A stretch of DNA of 54,755 nucleotides from the IMG/VR virus record IMGVR_UViG_3300025168_000110, positions 1 to 54,755 of that record; one strand, 5' to 3'. The notes beneath the pieces were generated by a model, which did no database searches, was not told where the DNA came from, and saw only the letters and a list, made by a program, of their open reading frames with translations. The DNA is from a virus (taxonomy: Duplodnaviria; Caudoviricetes). This document shows, piece after piece, positions 1 to 9,245 of the stretch. Every line of letters starts with the position of its first letter. Position 1 is the stretch's first letter. A program made the position numbers and the translations under genes.

Positions 1-1
1 A

Positions 2-700
2 AGTTGGTTTTATTCTCATGCAGAAACTAAACAAAGAGTATTAGAACGCTTATGTAATTTAATGAAAGTTGCTTGGGCTGAAGGTAAAAAAGCTGGAATG
101 ATATTAGGAGATGGCGCTTATAAATTCCTTAGCGTTATGCCAGATATTGCTTTACAGGATTTTGGTATCTATGTGGGTGATAGCGGTAAAGACGATTCTA
201 TGAAGCAGGTAGTACAGCAAATGGCTCAAGCATCGTTACAGTCTGGAAGTATTGATTTACTAGGCGTAATTAAAGTTATGAAAGCTGATACTATGACAGA
301 AGCAGAAAAAGTGTTAGAACAAGGAATGGACGAAATGAAAAAACAACAACAAGCTGCTATGGAACAACAAATGCAAGCTCAACAGGCTGCCGCGCAACAA
401 GAGCAACAAAAATTTGAACAAGAGGCTCAGTTGAAACAAATGGATAATGAAGCAAAAATGAAAATAGCAGAAATGAATAATCAAACTAAAATGCAAATTG
501 CAGAAATGCAAGCAGATACAAATAGAGATATTAATGATGCTAAACAAATTAATGATAAAACTAATAAAGCTGCTGATATGTATATATCAGAAGAAGATAA
601 AGATAAAGAATCAAAAGATAAAAAAGATAGTGGTGCGTTAAAAAGAAGTAGTACAACGTCATCACAAGAGCAACTAATGAAGGCTGCTCAGAAAATATAA
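2..700 (+). CDS. Portal protein, C-terminal part (5' truncated by window edge)
   Basis: Frame is open from base 2 (SWFYSHAETKQRVLERLCNL-MKVAW...), so the ATG at 62 is internal; Q-rich coiled-coil C-terminus like P22/crAss portal barrels; lies just upstream of scaffold and MCP. Confidence 0.7.
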   Translation, partial: SWFYSHAETKQRVLERLCNLMKVAWAEGKKAGMILGDGAYKFLSVMPDIALQDFGIYVGDSGKDDSMKQVVQQMAQASLQSGSIDLLGVIKVMKADTMTEAEKVLEQGMDEMKKQQQAAMEQQMQAQQAAAQQEQQKFEQEAQLKQMDNEAKMKIAEMNNQTKMQIAEMQADTNRDINDAKQINDKTNKAADMYISEEDKDKESKDKKDSGALKRSSTTSSQEQLMKAAQKI

Positions 701-709
701 TATTTTTTG

Positions 710-717
710 TATCTTTG
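710..717 (+). promoter_or_regulatory. Bacteroidota sigma-A -7 element (TATCTTTG)
   Basis: Matches TAnnTTTG, intergenic, 31 nt before ATG 749. Confidence 0.65.
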
Positions 718-748
718 CAAACAGGGAAATAATTAAAAAAAAGAAAAC

Positions 749-1738
749 ATGTCAAAAGAAGAATCAAAATTAGTTGATGAGGTTATAGATAACCCATCAG
801 GAGAAGAAAAAATTGCAGAAGGTGAGTTTAACCCATTAGCATTTGTAGATGATGTATACGGATCTAATACAAAAGACAGCTCAGAGGATACTGGAGAGGT
901 ATCTAAAGAAGATGAAGATGGGTGGTCATGGGAAGAAGACCAAAAAGCAAAAGAGACAGAAGAAGTTGTAGAAGAAGAAGAGGAAGAGTATGATTGGGAG
1001 AATACTACCAAAGAGTCCACTGAAGAATCTACAGAAGAAGAAAAATTAAATTGGGAAAAAGTTGGTAAAGAATTAGGTATAGAAATTAATTCTAAAGAAG
1101 ACCTTGTTAATGCTATGAACTCTATGCAAAAAGAGTCTAGGCCTGTTCAGGAAGACAACCAAGTATCTCAATTAAGAGGGTATCTTAAGTTAAGCGATAG
1201 AGATTTAGTTGCTGAAGAGTTAAGACATGATGGTATTGAGGAGCATGAATTAGAAGAGTCTATTGATAAATTAGAAGACTCAGGAATGCTTAAGATGAAA
1301 GCTAAAAGTGTTAGGCGAGTTTTAAATCAAGCTATTGACCAACATAACGACAAAACAAAAAAAGAAAAAGCTAATGCAGAAATTCAGAAAAAAGAATCTG
1401 TTGCAAAAGCAAAAGAAGGATTAAAAACTCAGATTAAAGAAATGAATGAGTTTATGGGAGGAAAGGTTACAAAAAAACAGAAGGAGGAAATATATCGTTT
1501 TGCTACAGGTGATATGATGAATGAAATATGGAAAGATCACGCCAATGTTGCGGATGTTGCTATGTTTATGTTGTATCGCGAGCAAATAGAGAAAATTCTT
1601 CGTTCTCAAGGATTGGCAGACGGCAAAGCCGCTATCATGGATAGTATAGTCTCACCAAGCCTTAACACTGGAAAGAATAAATCTAACTTCAAAGTGGAGT
1701 CAGGTACGTTTGATCCAAAAGCGTTCATGAACGAGTAA
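749..1738 (+). CDS. Acidic scaffolding-like capsid assembly protein
   Basis: Very E/D-rich disordered N-half plus helical C-half, located between portal and MCP. Confidence 0.6.
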   Translation: MSKEESKLVDEVIDNPSGEEKIAEGEFNPLAFVDDVYGSNTKDSSEDTGEVSKEDEDGWSWEEDQKAKETEEVVEEEEEEYDWENTTKESTEESTEEEKLNWEKVGKELGIEINSKEDLVNAMNSMQKESRPVQEDNQVSQLRGYLKLSDRDLVAEELRHDGIEEHELEESIDKLEDSGMLKMKAKSVRRVLNQAIDQHNDKTKKEKANAEIQKKESVAKAKEGLKTQIKEMNEFMGGKVTKKQKEEIYRFATGDMMNEIWKDHANVADVAMFMLYREQIEKILRSQGLADGKAAIMDSIVSPSLNTGKNKSNFKVESGTFDPKAFMNE

Positions 1739-1822
1739 GTCTAATTAAGTAAGTCAAAGACTACTAGGTTGAAAGTTAATTGAGCAAAAAAAATGTTTAA
1801 TTAATAAAAAAAAATTTAAAAA

Positions 1823-3325
1823 ATGGCAACAACAAGTACGGGTACGTATGGAAGAGGAACAACTGCTGCGAATGCACTTAACGCAAATTTGTTACAACAT
1901 CCAGAAATTGCTAAAACTTTAATATCTCTTTACCCAAGATATTCTATGACATATCTTCTTGAAAAAACTAGAAGACATGCTGCTGAAAAAGTTTTAGGAG
2001 ACAGTTCTTACGAATGGAAAGTAATGAATCGTCTAAACAAAAAAACTATAATTAAAACACACGGTACACCTGCTGGTGGATCTGGTGGTGCGTCTGCTGC
2101 TGCTGGCGTTAACATTGTAGATTTAATATTTACACCAACAAATGGTGGAACTGCTGAATCTCAATTTAATTTATACGATGTAGTTAGATTCCCATCTGGA
2201 GCTACTGGGCTAGTTATTGCAGGTCCTGATGCTGATCATAAATATACAATTGAAGCTATCACAGATGTAACTGCTGCTGATAATACTGCAAATTCTGTAG
2301 TTGGTAGAATTGGTTCTGCATTCCCTGCTGGTTCTGCTGGATCTGATGTAGGAGAGAACAATGCTTACCCAGATACTTACAAGAACTGGATGACAATCAA
2401 CAGAAAGAAATGTACAATCACTGGTAAAGATGCCACTGATGTTTCTTGGGTTGAAAACAATGGTCAAAAATTATGGTACTTTACTAAAGAGAACCACATG
2501 ATGGATCAATTCATGTATGAGCAAGAATTACAAAGATGGTACGGACAAACGTCTGTAGCAACTGCTGCAACTAACTACTCTGCAACTAACACTGATATCA
2601 TTTCTGGTATTGCTGCTGGTACTTATGCTGATGGTTCTGCAAGAGCTTTATCTACAACTACTGATGGATCATTCACAATTGGTGATGGTGTATTAGCACA
2701 GATTGACGGTTCTAATCAAGCTACATATGCTGCTGGAACATTAACTGAAGATATTATCACTGAGTTTATTGGTAAGATCTCTTTAAATGCTCAAAATGCT
2801 GAAGGTAACGAATGGGTGGTTTTCACTGGTACTGAAGGACGTATTGCGTTCCACAGAGCTATGAAAGACTTAATCGTTGCTCCTTCTGGTGCTATGACTG
2901 GAGGTTCTATGAAAGACATCAAAGCTGGTTCTGATGTATCTTTAGGTGGAAACTTCACATCTTACCATGCATTAGGAAACAAGATCACTATCGCTTACTG
3001 TCCAGTATTTGATGATGCTCATGTTCACGGTGCTTCAGGTGGTACTAATTCATTTGGTGATACTAGATTAAAAGAATCTATGAAGATGGTGTTTATGGAT
3101 TTTGGTACAACTTCTAGCGTTGCTAACGTAGAGTTAATCACTAAAGGTGCTGCTGGAATTAATCGTTCATTAGTTAAGAAATATGTTGGAGGTATGGTAA
3201 ACCCTTACGATACTAAAGGTATGTTAGCTGCTAATGGTGATGACAGATTCCAATGTCACGCATTATCTGAGTCAGGAATTGTTGTTAGAAACCCACTTTC
3301 TTGTGGAGTTCTTTCTGCTGCCTAA
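1823..3325 (+). CDS. Major capsid protein (crAss-like, HK97 fold)
   Basis: 500 aa; position; crAss-MCP-like segments (YEWKVM, WVENNGQKLWY, IGDGVLAQI, VFTGTEG, GNKITIAYCPVFD, SESGIVVRNP); strongly biased codons (gct/ggt/act) suggest high expression. Confidence 0.85.
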   Translation: MATTSTGTYGRGTTAANALNANLLQHPEIAKTLISLYPRYSMTYLLEKTRRHAAEKVLGDSSYEWKVMNRLNKKTIIKTHGTPAGGSGGASAAAGVNIVDLIFTPTNGGTAESQFNLYDVVRFPSGATGLVIAGPDADHKYTIEAITDVTAADNTANSVVGRIGSAFPAGSAGSDVGENNAYPDTYKNWMTINRKKCTITGKDATDVSWVENNGQKLWYFTKENHMMDQFMYEQELQRWYGQTSVATAATNYSATNTDIISGIAAGTYADGSARALSTTTDGSFTIGDGVLAQIDGSNQATYAAGTLTEDIITEFIGKISLNAQNAEGNEWVVFTGTEGRIAFHRAMKDLIVAPSGAMTGGSMKDIKAGSDVSLGGNFTSYHALGNKITIAYCPVFDDAHVHGASGGTNSFGDTRLKESMKMVFMDFGTTSSVANVELITKGAAGINRSLVKKYVGGMVNPYDTKGMLAANGDDRFQCHALSESGIVVRNPLSCGVLSAA

Positions 3326-3347
3326 TTCACAATATTAATTTGATGGA

Positions 3348-3365
3348 GGGAGGCTTCGGCCTCCC
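3348..3365 (+). other. GC-rich hairpin GGGAGGC-UUCG-GCCUCCC after MCP (terminator/stabilizer)
   Basis: Perfect 7-bp stem with C(UUCG)G tetraloop in an AT-rich spacer; no U-tract follows. Confidence 0.7.
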
Positions 3366-3391
3366 AATATCGCCTAAAAAAATAAAAAAAA

Positions 3392-3841
3392 ATGGCAAAT
3401 TATTTAGATTTATCAGGAAAGTCTTCTGCGCAAGGTCAAGGTAGACTTCCAAAATTAAGAGGGCAAATAGCTCCAACAAGTACATTAACATCAGATACAA
3501 CGCTTTATGATTATAATAGCGGTACTACTTATTTCTGTGATGGGTCAAGCGCAATTGACATAACACTACCTTCTGCAAAAGCAGGGTTAAATTTTAAATT
3601 TATAGCAACAGATACAACTGCTGATATAGATATTATTCAAGCTGCGGCTTCAGAAGATTTTATTGGCTTCATTTTAGATGGCGCTGGTACAAAAGATTCC
3701 GCTACAAGCTCTGATACAAAAATTGTTTTTGACACAAGTGGTGGTGCGTCTGCTGGAGATTATGTAAGTTTATCTTGTAATGGAACAAATTGGTTCGTTG
3801 AAGGAGCATGTAGTTCTGCTGCTGACGTAGTATTTGCATAG
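3392..3841 (+). CDS. Putative capsid decoration/auxiliary protein
   Basis: Small beta-rich S/T/A/G protein right after MCP; ITLPSAKAGLNFKF...GDYVSLSCNGTNWFV pattern seen in phage capsid cement/fibre proteins. Confidence 0.5.
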   Translation: MANYLDLSGKSSAQGQGRLPKLRGQIAPTSTLTSDTTLYDYNSGTTYFCDGSSAIDITLPSAKAGLNFKFIATDTTADIDIIQAAASEDFIGFILDGAGTKDSATSSDTKIVFDTSGGASAGDYVSLSCNGTNWFVEGACSSAADVVFA

Positions 3842-3853
3842 AAGTTAATTAAT

Positions 3854-3887
3854 GGAAGACGGAGGGGTTAATCCCCCTCCAAATTCC
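3854..3887 (+). other. GC-rich hairpin GGAGGGG/CCCCTCC with outer GGAA/TTCC
   Basis: Inverted repeat 3861-3867/3874-3880 in the intergenic spacer. Confidence 0.6.
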
Positions 3888-3888
3888 T

Positions 3889-3896
3889 TATATTTG
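3889..3896 (+). promoter_or_regulatory. Bacteroidota -7 element (TATATTTG), probably giving a leaderless mRNA
   Basis: TAnnTTTG only 4 nt before ATG 3901. Confidence 0.6.
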
Positions 3897-3900
3897 CAAA

Positions 3901-4119
3901 ATGAAAACAATATTAGTAGTAAGAGACGGAAAGGTTGTTGAAATCAATCCAGATGAATTACAAGAAAGTAAAAGTAATATACTATTAAAAGAAGGATCAA
4001 AATTAAAATGGGGAGATAAAAACTATCAAGAAACTAGAATCTCTACTAATGAAAAAGGGCAAAGAAGAATATTTAAAGAGACTGCAAAAAAGTCTAAATA
4101 TTATATAAACAAAAAATAA
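3901..4119 (+). CDS. Hypothetical protein (72 aa, basic)
   Basis: Fills the gap in the operon and has its own promoter motif. Confidence 0.6.
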   Translation: MKTILVVRDGKVVEINPDELQESKSNILLKEGSKLKWGDKNYQETRISTNEKGQRRIFKETAKKSKYYINKK

Positions 4120-4148
4120 CAGGGAGTATTAATTAAAAAAAAGAAAAA

Positions 4149-4913
4149 ATGGCACACCTAATTTATGTAAAATCAAAACAACCGAAGAAGTTTAGCTATT
4201 GTAAGTTCGGTGCTTACACAAGAAAAAATGGAAAGAAATCTGTATTATTAAATCCAGACGATCTTCCTGTAGATGGATGGGAGATGTACGATCCATTAAC
4301 TACATTAGATATTGACAATCAGTATGACAGAAGAATTTATGATTTTCTTTTAGAGCATCCTTTTATGACAAGCGGGAAAACATATGAAATGATTGATACT
4401 AAAGCAAATGTAGAAAAGCAAGCTGCTAATATCTTAGAGTCTGCTGAAGCTGTTCAAGTGGCTATATCTATTAAAGACAATGAATTAAATGATTTAAAGA
4501 AATTATTTGGTATTGGTGATGGATTTGAAGATAAAATCGTTAGAGCTAAGTTAATTCAAATGGCTGGAGCAGCTCCTACTAAGTTTATTGAAATTTATAA
4601 TGATGCTGATAAGTCTTATAAAGTATTTTTAAAGAATGCTTTAGAGAAGAAAATTATCCAAAAAGTTAATGATGTATGGAAGCACGGTAATTATACGTTA
4701 GGTATTTCTGATGGACACGCTATTCAATGGCTGAAAGAAAATCCAGACATCTATGCTGCAATGAAGAATCAAGTTAGAAACGGAATTAAAAAGACCGAAG
4801 AAGTTAAAACTAATACATCTGACATGGTAGCTAGTTCTGGTATTCAAGAATTAGAAAGAAAGATAGAGTCTGATAATAACAAAAAATGGTTTGATAGATC
4901 TAAAAATAAATAG
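4149..4913 (+). CDS. Conserved crAss-like protein downstream of MCP
   Basis: Position in the capsid block; helical C-domain (AAPTKFIE...KNALEKKII...WLKENP). Confidence 0.5.
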   Translation: MAHLIYVKSKQPKKFSYCKFGAYTRKNGKKSVLLNPDDLPVDGWEMYDPLTTLDIDNQYDRRIYDFLLEHPFMTSGKTYEMIDTKANVEKQAANILESAEAVQVAISIKDNELNDLKKLFGIGDGFEDKIVRAKLIQMAGAAPTKFIEIYNDADKSYKVFLKNALEKKIIQKVNDVWKHGNYTLGISDGHAIQWLKENPDIYAAMKNQVRNGIKKTEEVKTNTSDMVASSGIQELERKIESDNNKKWFDRSKNK

Positions 4914-4916
4914 TAA

Positions 4917-5687
4917 ATGAATTTAACCGAAGCGCATAATATGATGGATTTACTCTTAGATGAGTCAAATGCTCCATATTTTACAACTGAAGAAAAAGAT
5001 AAATTCTTAAATCTAGCTATATCTGATTTTATTAATGGGCATTATCAAAAGATGACAGCTGATGAAGATTCTAGAAGAGCATTGTCTGGCTGTATTGACT
5101 GGAATAGTTTTAGTATTTCTAAAGCAGTAATAATTGCTGGTACTGCTATTCATCAATCTAGTTATCCAGCATTATCAGGAGTGTATGACGACACTACTGC
5201 TACTGACACAAAAGGTTATTTTGTATATGGAAATCAATATGTGTTACCAAAACAACATTTATATGTATTATCTTTAGGGGTGAGTCATTATAACAAAGAT
5301 GAGGTTATAAATCCTAGTGACGGTACAGTCTATTCAGGAGTTACAGAAGATGATATAATTGTTAGCCCCACTGTTTCTGCAAAAAATAAATCTACTAGAG
5401 AGTATTATGAACATGCTTACACTCCAGATCCTTTTAATAAAGCTAGTGAAGATGCTCCATATTGGTCTTATATAGAAAATAGAATTGTAATTGGTGGGGG
5501 TGGTAGTTCTATAAGATATATAAATATGCAAGTGATAACATTACCTACAGTAGAGCAAGCATTTTCTGAAAGTACTTATGATAGTTCAACAGCTCCAGTA
5601 CGACTAGCATTTGCAGAGCATTATCAAAAACAAATAATACAAAGCGCTATTATTAAAATGTCGTCACATATAGATCTTCATAATTAG
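4917..5687 (+). CDS. Putative head-tail ring/adaptor protein
   Basis: N-terminal LLLD..NAPYFTTEEKDKFLNLA and LPKQHLYVLS patterns typical of crAss ring proteins; position. Confidence 0.55.
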   Translation: MNLTEAHNMMDLLLDESNAPYFTTEEKDKFLNLAISDFINGHYQKMTADEDSRRALSGCIDWNSFSISKAVIIAGTAIHQSSYPALSGVYDDTTATDTKGYFVYGNQYVLPKQHLYVLSLGVSHYNKDEVINPSDGTVYSGVTEDDIIVSPTVSAKNKSTREYYEHAYTPDPFNKASEDAPYWSYIENRIVIGGGGSSIRYINMQVITLPTVEQAFSESTYDSSTAPVRLAFAEHYQKQIIQSAIIKMSSHIDLHN

Positions 5688-5750
5688 GATATATAATATT
5701 GAAATATAAAACGCATTACACTGTAAAAGGATTTCTTTTGCTCCCTGCGT

Positions 5751-5795
5751 CAAAAATAGGTTGACACTAGAAATAGTTGATGCCTATTTTTGTTT
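5751..5795 (+). terminator. Intrinsic terminator-like hairpin, possibly bidirectional
   Basis: CAAAAATAGG (5751-5760) / CCTATTTTTG (5783-5792) perfect inverted repeat enclosing ACTA-GAAA-TAGT, with a T-rich 3' side. Confidence 0.6.
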
Positions 5796-5819
5796 AATGG
5801 ATAATTTTGACTAATTTTG
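5789..5819 (+). promoter_or_regulatory. Complete Bacteroidota sigma-A promoter TTTG-N19-TAATTTTG
   Basis: TTTG 5789-5792, 19-nt spacer, TAATTTTG 5812-5819, ATG at 5841. Confidence 0.75.
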
Positions 5820-5840
5820 TAAACATCTAAATACTCTATA

Positions 5841-6911
5841 ATGATAACGGTAAACGAAATAGCTTATAACATTAAAAACATTGCATATGGAGGATCTACT
5901 TCTACAGAAAATAGTATTAGCCTAAAGCAAATAAAACACTGGATTAATTACCATAGGGCTAAACTTATTGCTGACAACATTGATAAAGGCATTACAAACA
6001 ATCAAGCTCTACAACAAAAAATGGCACTTACTGCTAGAAACTCAACATCTTCTACTATTAAAAACTTTTATGACGCATGGGACGCTAAAGATAAAGATTC
6101 GTCTTTGTCGGCTCCAGTAGTGTCTGGAGAGTGGTTATCTAATTTACCTAAAAATACTGCTGGAGATAGATTAAATGGAGAATGGTTAGTAAACTCATCC
6201 TTAACGCAAGGCGAAAATGGTTGGGTTGATGGGCAGCAAAGAAGTTATTATGGAGAAGAAATATCTTCTTCACAACTGCGAGGTGATTTTAGAAATTTTG
6301 GAGGACATAGCTTTTGGACGCCAAGACCAATTCAATTAAAAAACAATCAAGGAATTGTGTCGGTAAATGTTGAAAGATATGCTTACTTTCCTGATGATCC
6401 TGGAACATCAGACAATGAGCAGGGGGGCGGGTATGCTAAAAAGGGAATAACATTGTATGAAAAAGATCACAGTAGTTTTGACAATTTTAATAAATTTACA
6501 GACAACAGTCAACCATATTACTCACAAGAAACATCAAGAATAGATAGAGAATTTGATGGTCATGAGAATTATATAGCTATAAGACAGCTGCAAGCATCTC
6601 CTAATTATCACGCAGGCATAATTACACCGACTGCACAAAAAATATTTTGGAAATATAGAGGGGGTGCAAGTATGATACTAGAAAATCCTGCTGAGATTGA
6701 TATGATGTATGGGTGGTGGTGGGAAACTGAAACTAAATGGGATGATTCTAGTACTCCTTATCCTATACCTTTGGAGTATGTTAGTGATTTAATACAAAGA
6801 GTTATACAAGTAGAAATGCAAGCTGAATTAAAAACTAATCCAGATATAATAACAGATGGTTTAGACGATAACTTAAAACGACAAAGCGGTGGGGCACAAG
6901 TACAAAGATAA
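5841..6911 (+). CDS. Putative tail ring/structural protein
   Basis: MITVNEIAYNI...QIKHWINYHRAKLI N-terminus and ILENP...YPIP C-terminus resemble crAss ring proteins; large central insertion. Confidence 0.55.
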   Translation: MITVNEIAYNIKNIAYGGSTSTENSISLKQIKHWINYHRAKLIADNIDKGITNNQALQQKMALTARNSTSSTIKNFYDAWDAKDKDSSLSAPVVSGEWLSNLPKNTAGDRLNGEWLVNSSLTQGENGWVDGQQRSYYGEEISSSQLRGDFRNFGGHSFWTPRPIQLKNNQGIVSVNVERYAYFPDDPGTSDNEQGGGYAKKGITLYEKDHSSFDNFNKFTDNSQPYYSQETSRIDREFDGHENYIAIRQLQASPNYHAGIITPTAQKIFWKYRGGASMILENPAEIDMMYGWWWETETKWDDSSTPYPIPLEYVSDLIQRVIQVEMQAELKTNPDIITDGLDDNLKRQSGGAQVQR

Positions 6912-7281
6912 ATATACATCAATAAAAGACATTTACAAACTTGTTAAATTGATGATGACAAGAAATATAGATTATTCTTTATATTATAATATTATTAAAA
7001 AGTATTTTGAAATACTAATAAGAGATGTAGTAGAAAGGAATCGTAGAGTTTATTTACCTAACTCAATGGGGTATGTTTATCTTGACGAAAGGCCACATAA
7101 AAGAGCCTTTCATGTTAGAGTAGATAACGAGGCAACTAAAAAAGAAGGAAAAACAATAACAAAACAAATTCCTATTCTAGATGATTTTTATAAAAAGATT
7201 GTTTGGGTAGGGCCAGAAACATATAAATATTGTAAGTTTATGCCTCTAGGGCATTTTAGAAATAAAATAAATAAAAATTAA
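6889..7281 (+). CDS. IHF/HU-like basic DNA-binding protein of the crAss structural module
   Basis: Basic 130 aa; helices then VYLPNSMGYVYL beta hairpin; position before tail tubular gene as in crAss-like phages. Confidence 0.55.
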   Translation: MGHKYKDKYTSIKDIYKLVKLMMTRNIDYSLYYNIIKKYFEILIRDVVERNRRVYLPNSMGYVYLDERPHKRAFHVRVDNEATKKEGKTITKQIPILDDFYKKIVWVGPETYKYCKFMPLGHFRNKINKN

Positions 7282-7284
7282 AAA

Positions 7285-7752
7285 ATGGCAACAACTGTAA
7301 ACGCATCTACACTTACTGTAAAAATAACAGAAACTTTATCATTAGGAACTGACGCCTCTGGAACGGCAGACAATATGTCATTTGCACAAGAAAATTCCCA
7401 TGTGATATCAGGAGCTATCTTAAATGCATCAAAAAGAATAATTGAGCTTGAGAGTACTGCACTAACAGAAGTAGTTACTTTTCATGCTAGTTTAAACGCT
7501 GGAGGTCAATTTAAAAGAGGAGATGTTAAATACATTAGAATAACTAATCTTGATGATTCAGCTGTTCTTAAGGTGGGGTTAATAGGGGATAGTAGTGGGG
7601 CCTTCCAGTCAGTGGCAGCAAACACATCTATTATATTCACAGGTACTGAGTTAGAAGTGGGCGCTACATTTAGTTCTTTTGCTAATGCAGATTCAATTAA
7701 AGTAATAGGAGTAGCACAACAACAGGTAGAGGTTTTTGTAGCAACTACATAA
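7285..7752 (+). CDS. Small beta-rich virion protein (YIRITNLDD family)
   Basis: Beta-sandwich-like composition; motif shared with 39760 and 40180 proteins. Confidence 0.5.
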   Translation: MATTVNASTLTVKITETLSLGTDASGTADNMSFAQENSHVISGAILNASKRIIELESTALTEVVTFHASLNAGGQFKRGDVKYIRITNLDDSAVLKVGLIGDSSGAFQSVAANTSIIFTGTELEVGATFSSFANADSIKVIGVAQQQVEVFVATT

Positions 7753-7762
7753 AAAATATATT

Positions 7763-9244
7763 ATGCACATAAACATAGATAGAGTTTTTACAACTGTAGC
7801 TAGAAATTTAGGGATAAGTGATTACAGCAGTCGTATAAATAACTGGATAGAGTGGGCTTATGAGGCAGAAAAACTTATAGGTAGCATCAGTACCTTTGTG
7901 CAAAAAGAAGCCGTTTACAATGCAGAAGGAGCTAAATCTACAGGAACTATAACATTTACAGATGTACCTGTGTCTGGAGACTCTATTACATTAAATGGTC
8001 TTAAATTATATTTTAGAAATTCTACAGATCTTGGTCAAGCTAAATCAGCAAATGAAATAGAAATAGGGCAAAACTTTGTAACAACTTTAGATAATGCAAC
8101 AGCGCAATATGGTTTAATTCAAAGTCTAAAAGGAAGAACAGGAAGCGGTGGTACTACAGGAACATACACTAATTCAGCAATATATAATTATCCAGAAGCT
8201 TTAAATGTTGCTGATTATTCTATTAGCTTATCTACAGGAAATGATATAATTACAAATGGCGCATTTACTGGAATTACACAAGCACAGAATGTACTTGGTA
8301 CTGAGTGGAATACATATGTTAATTGGACAATTGGAAGTGGGGCTGCTACACATGCCTCTGGAAGTCCAGGTTATTTAACACAAGACGAATTAACATTTGT
8401 AGAAGGAGATACATATTCAATTACTTTTGATATTTCATCTTGGACAACTGGAGCATTTTTATTAGCAAATCATTTACCTGATACTACTGGTACTAATAAT
8501 GATAATTTAACATTAACAACTGGAGCTACTACTGGAGACACTATTACAAGATATTGGAAGCAGGGTCCAACAAACAAAGATAAGCTAAGTCTTTATGGAA
8601 GTACAACTTTTGATGGTACTATAGATAATATTATAGTTAAAAAAGTTAATAATGAAGCTTTAACTATAACTGCAAAAGAAATAGGGAATAAGGGTAATGA
8701 ATATACTTTAGCTTCAGATAATGCAAATGCTAAAGTTAGTGGATTAAGCTTAACTGGAGGTAAGAATCTATACAGGAATCAGCAATTAAGATTACCAGAC
8801 GATAATGTTAAAATGTTAGCAGTTAGAGATAATAATAATTATGAACTAAGAAAAACATCATCTGTACATACTGGTAAATTGGGAGACGAAGCATTAAGAT
8901 ATTATGAGCAAGGTAATAGACTTAATATTGCGAATACAAAATCTACAGAAATGACAATAGTTTATTTAGCATACCCTACAGATTTAAGAGGGTGGCCAAT
9001 GATAAAGGAGGGTCACGAAACAGCAGTAGCGCAATATATAATGTGGCAAATGAAATTAATAGAATTCTATAATGGTGAAATAGCTCAATATATAGTAAAA
9101 GAACTTGAAAAAAGATGGTACTTCTTATGTGGTAAAACTAGGGGTGATGATGGTATGCCAACATCTGAAGAGTTAAAACAAATAGGTAATATATGGAACA
9201 CCATGCTGCCTATTAAAAATAATAGAGGTCTTATAGATTTATAA
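7763..9244 (+). CDS. Tail tubular/ring protein with nested domain insertions
   Basis: N-terminal IEWAYEAEKLIG and C-terminal LRLP...IVYLAYPTD..GWPMI...AVAQYIMW core; directly upstream of the stabilization protein. Confidence 0.65.
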   Translation: MHINIDRVFTTVARNLGISDYSSRINNWIEWAYEAEKLIGSISTFVQKEAVYNAEGAKSTGTITFTDVPVSGDSITLNGLKLYFRNSTDLGQAKSANEIEIGQNFVTTLDNATAQYGLIQSLKGRTGSGGTTGTYTNSAIYNYPEALNVADYSISLSTGNDIITNGAFTGITQAQNVLGTEWNTYVNWTIGSGAATHASGSPGYLTQDELTFVEGDTYSITFDISSWTTGAFLLANHLPDTTGTNNDNLTLTTGATTGDTITRYWKQGPTNKDKLSLYGSTTFDGTIDNIIVKKVNNEALTITAKEIGNKGNEYTLASDNANAKVSGLSLTGGKNLYRNQQLRLPDDNVKMLAVRDNNNYELRKTSSVHTGKLGDEALRYYEQGNRLNIANTKSTEMTIVYLAYPTDLRGWPMIKEGHETAVAQYIMWQMKLIEFYNGEIAQYIVKELEKRWYFLCGKTRGDDGMPTSEELKQIGNIWNTMLPIKNNRGLIDL

Positions 9245-9245
9245 A

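Noticed and set aside
1739-1790. Possible structured MCP 5' leader (AGTC-AAA-GACT inside TAATTAA/TTAATTG)
   Set aside because: Stems are short and AU-rich; too weak to call
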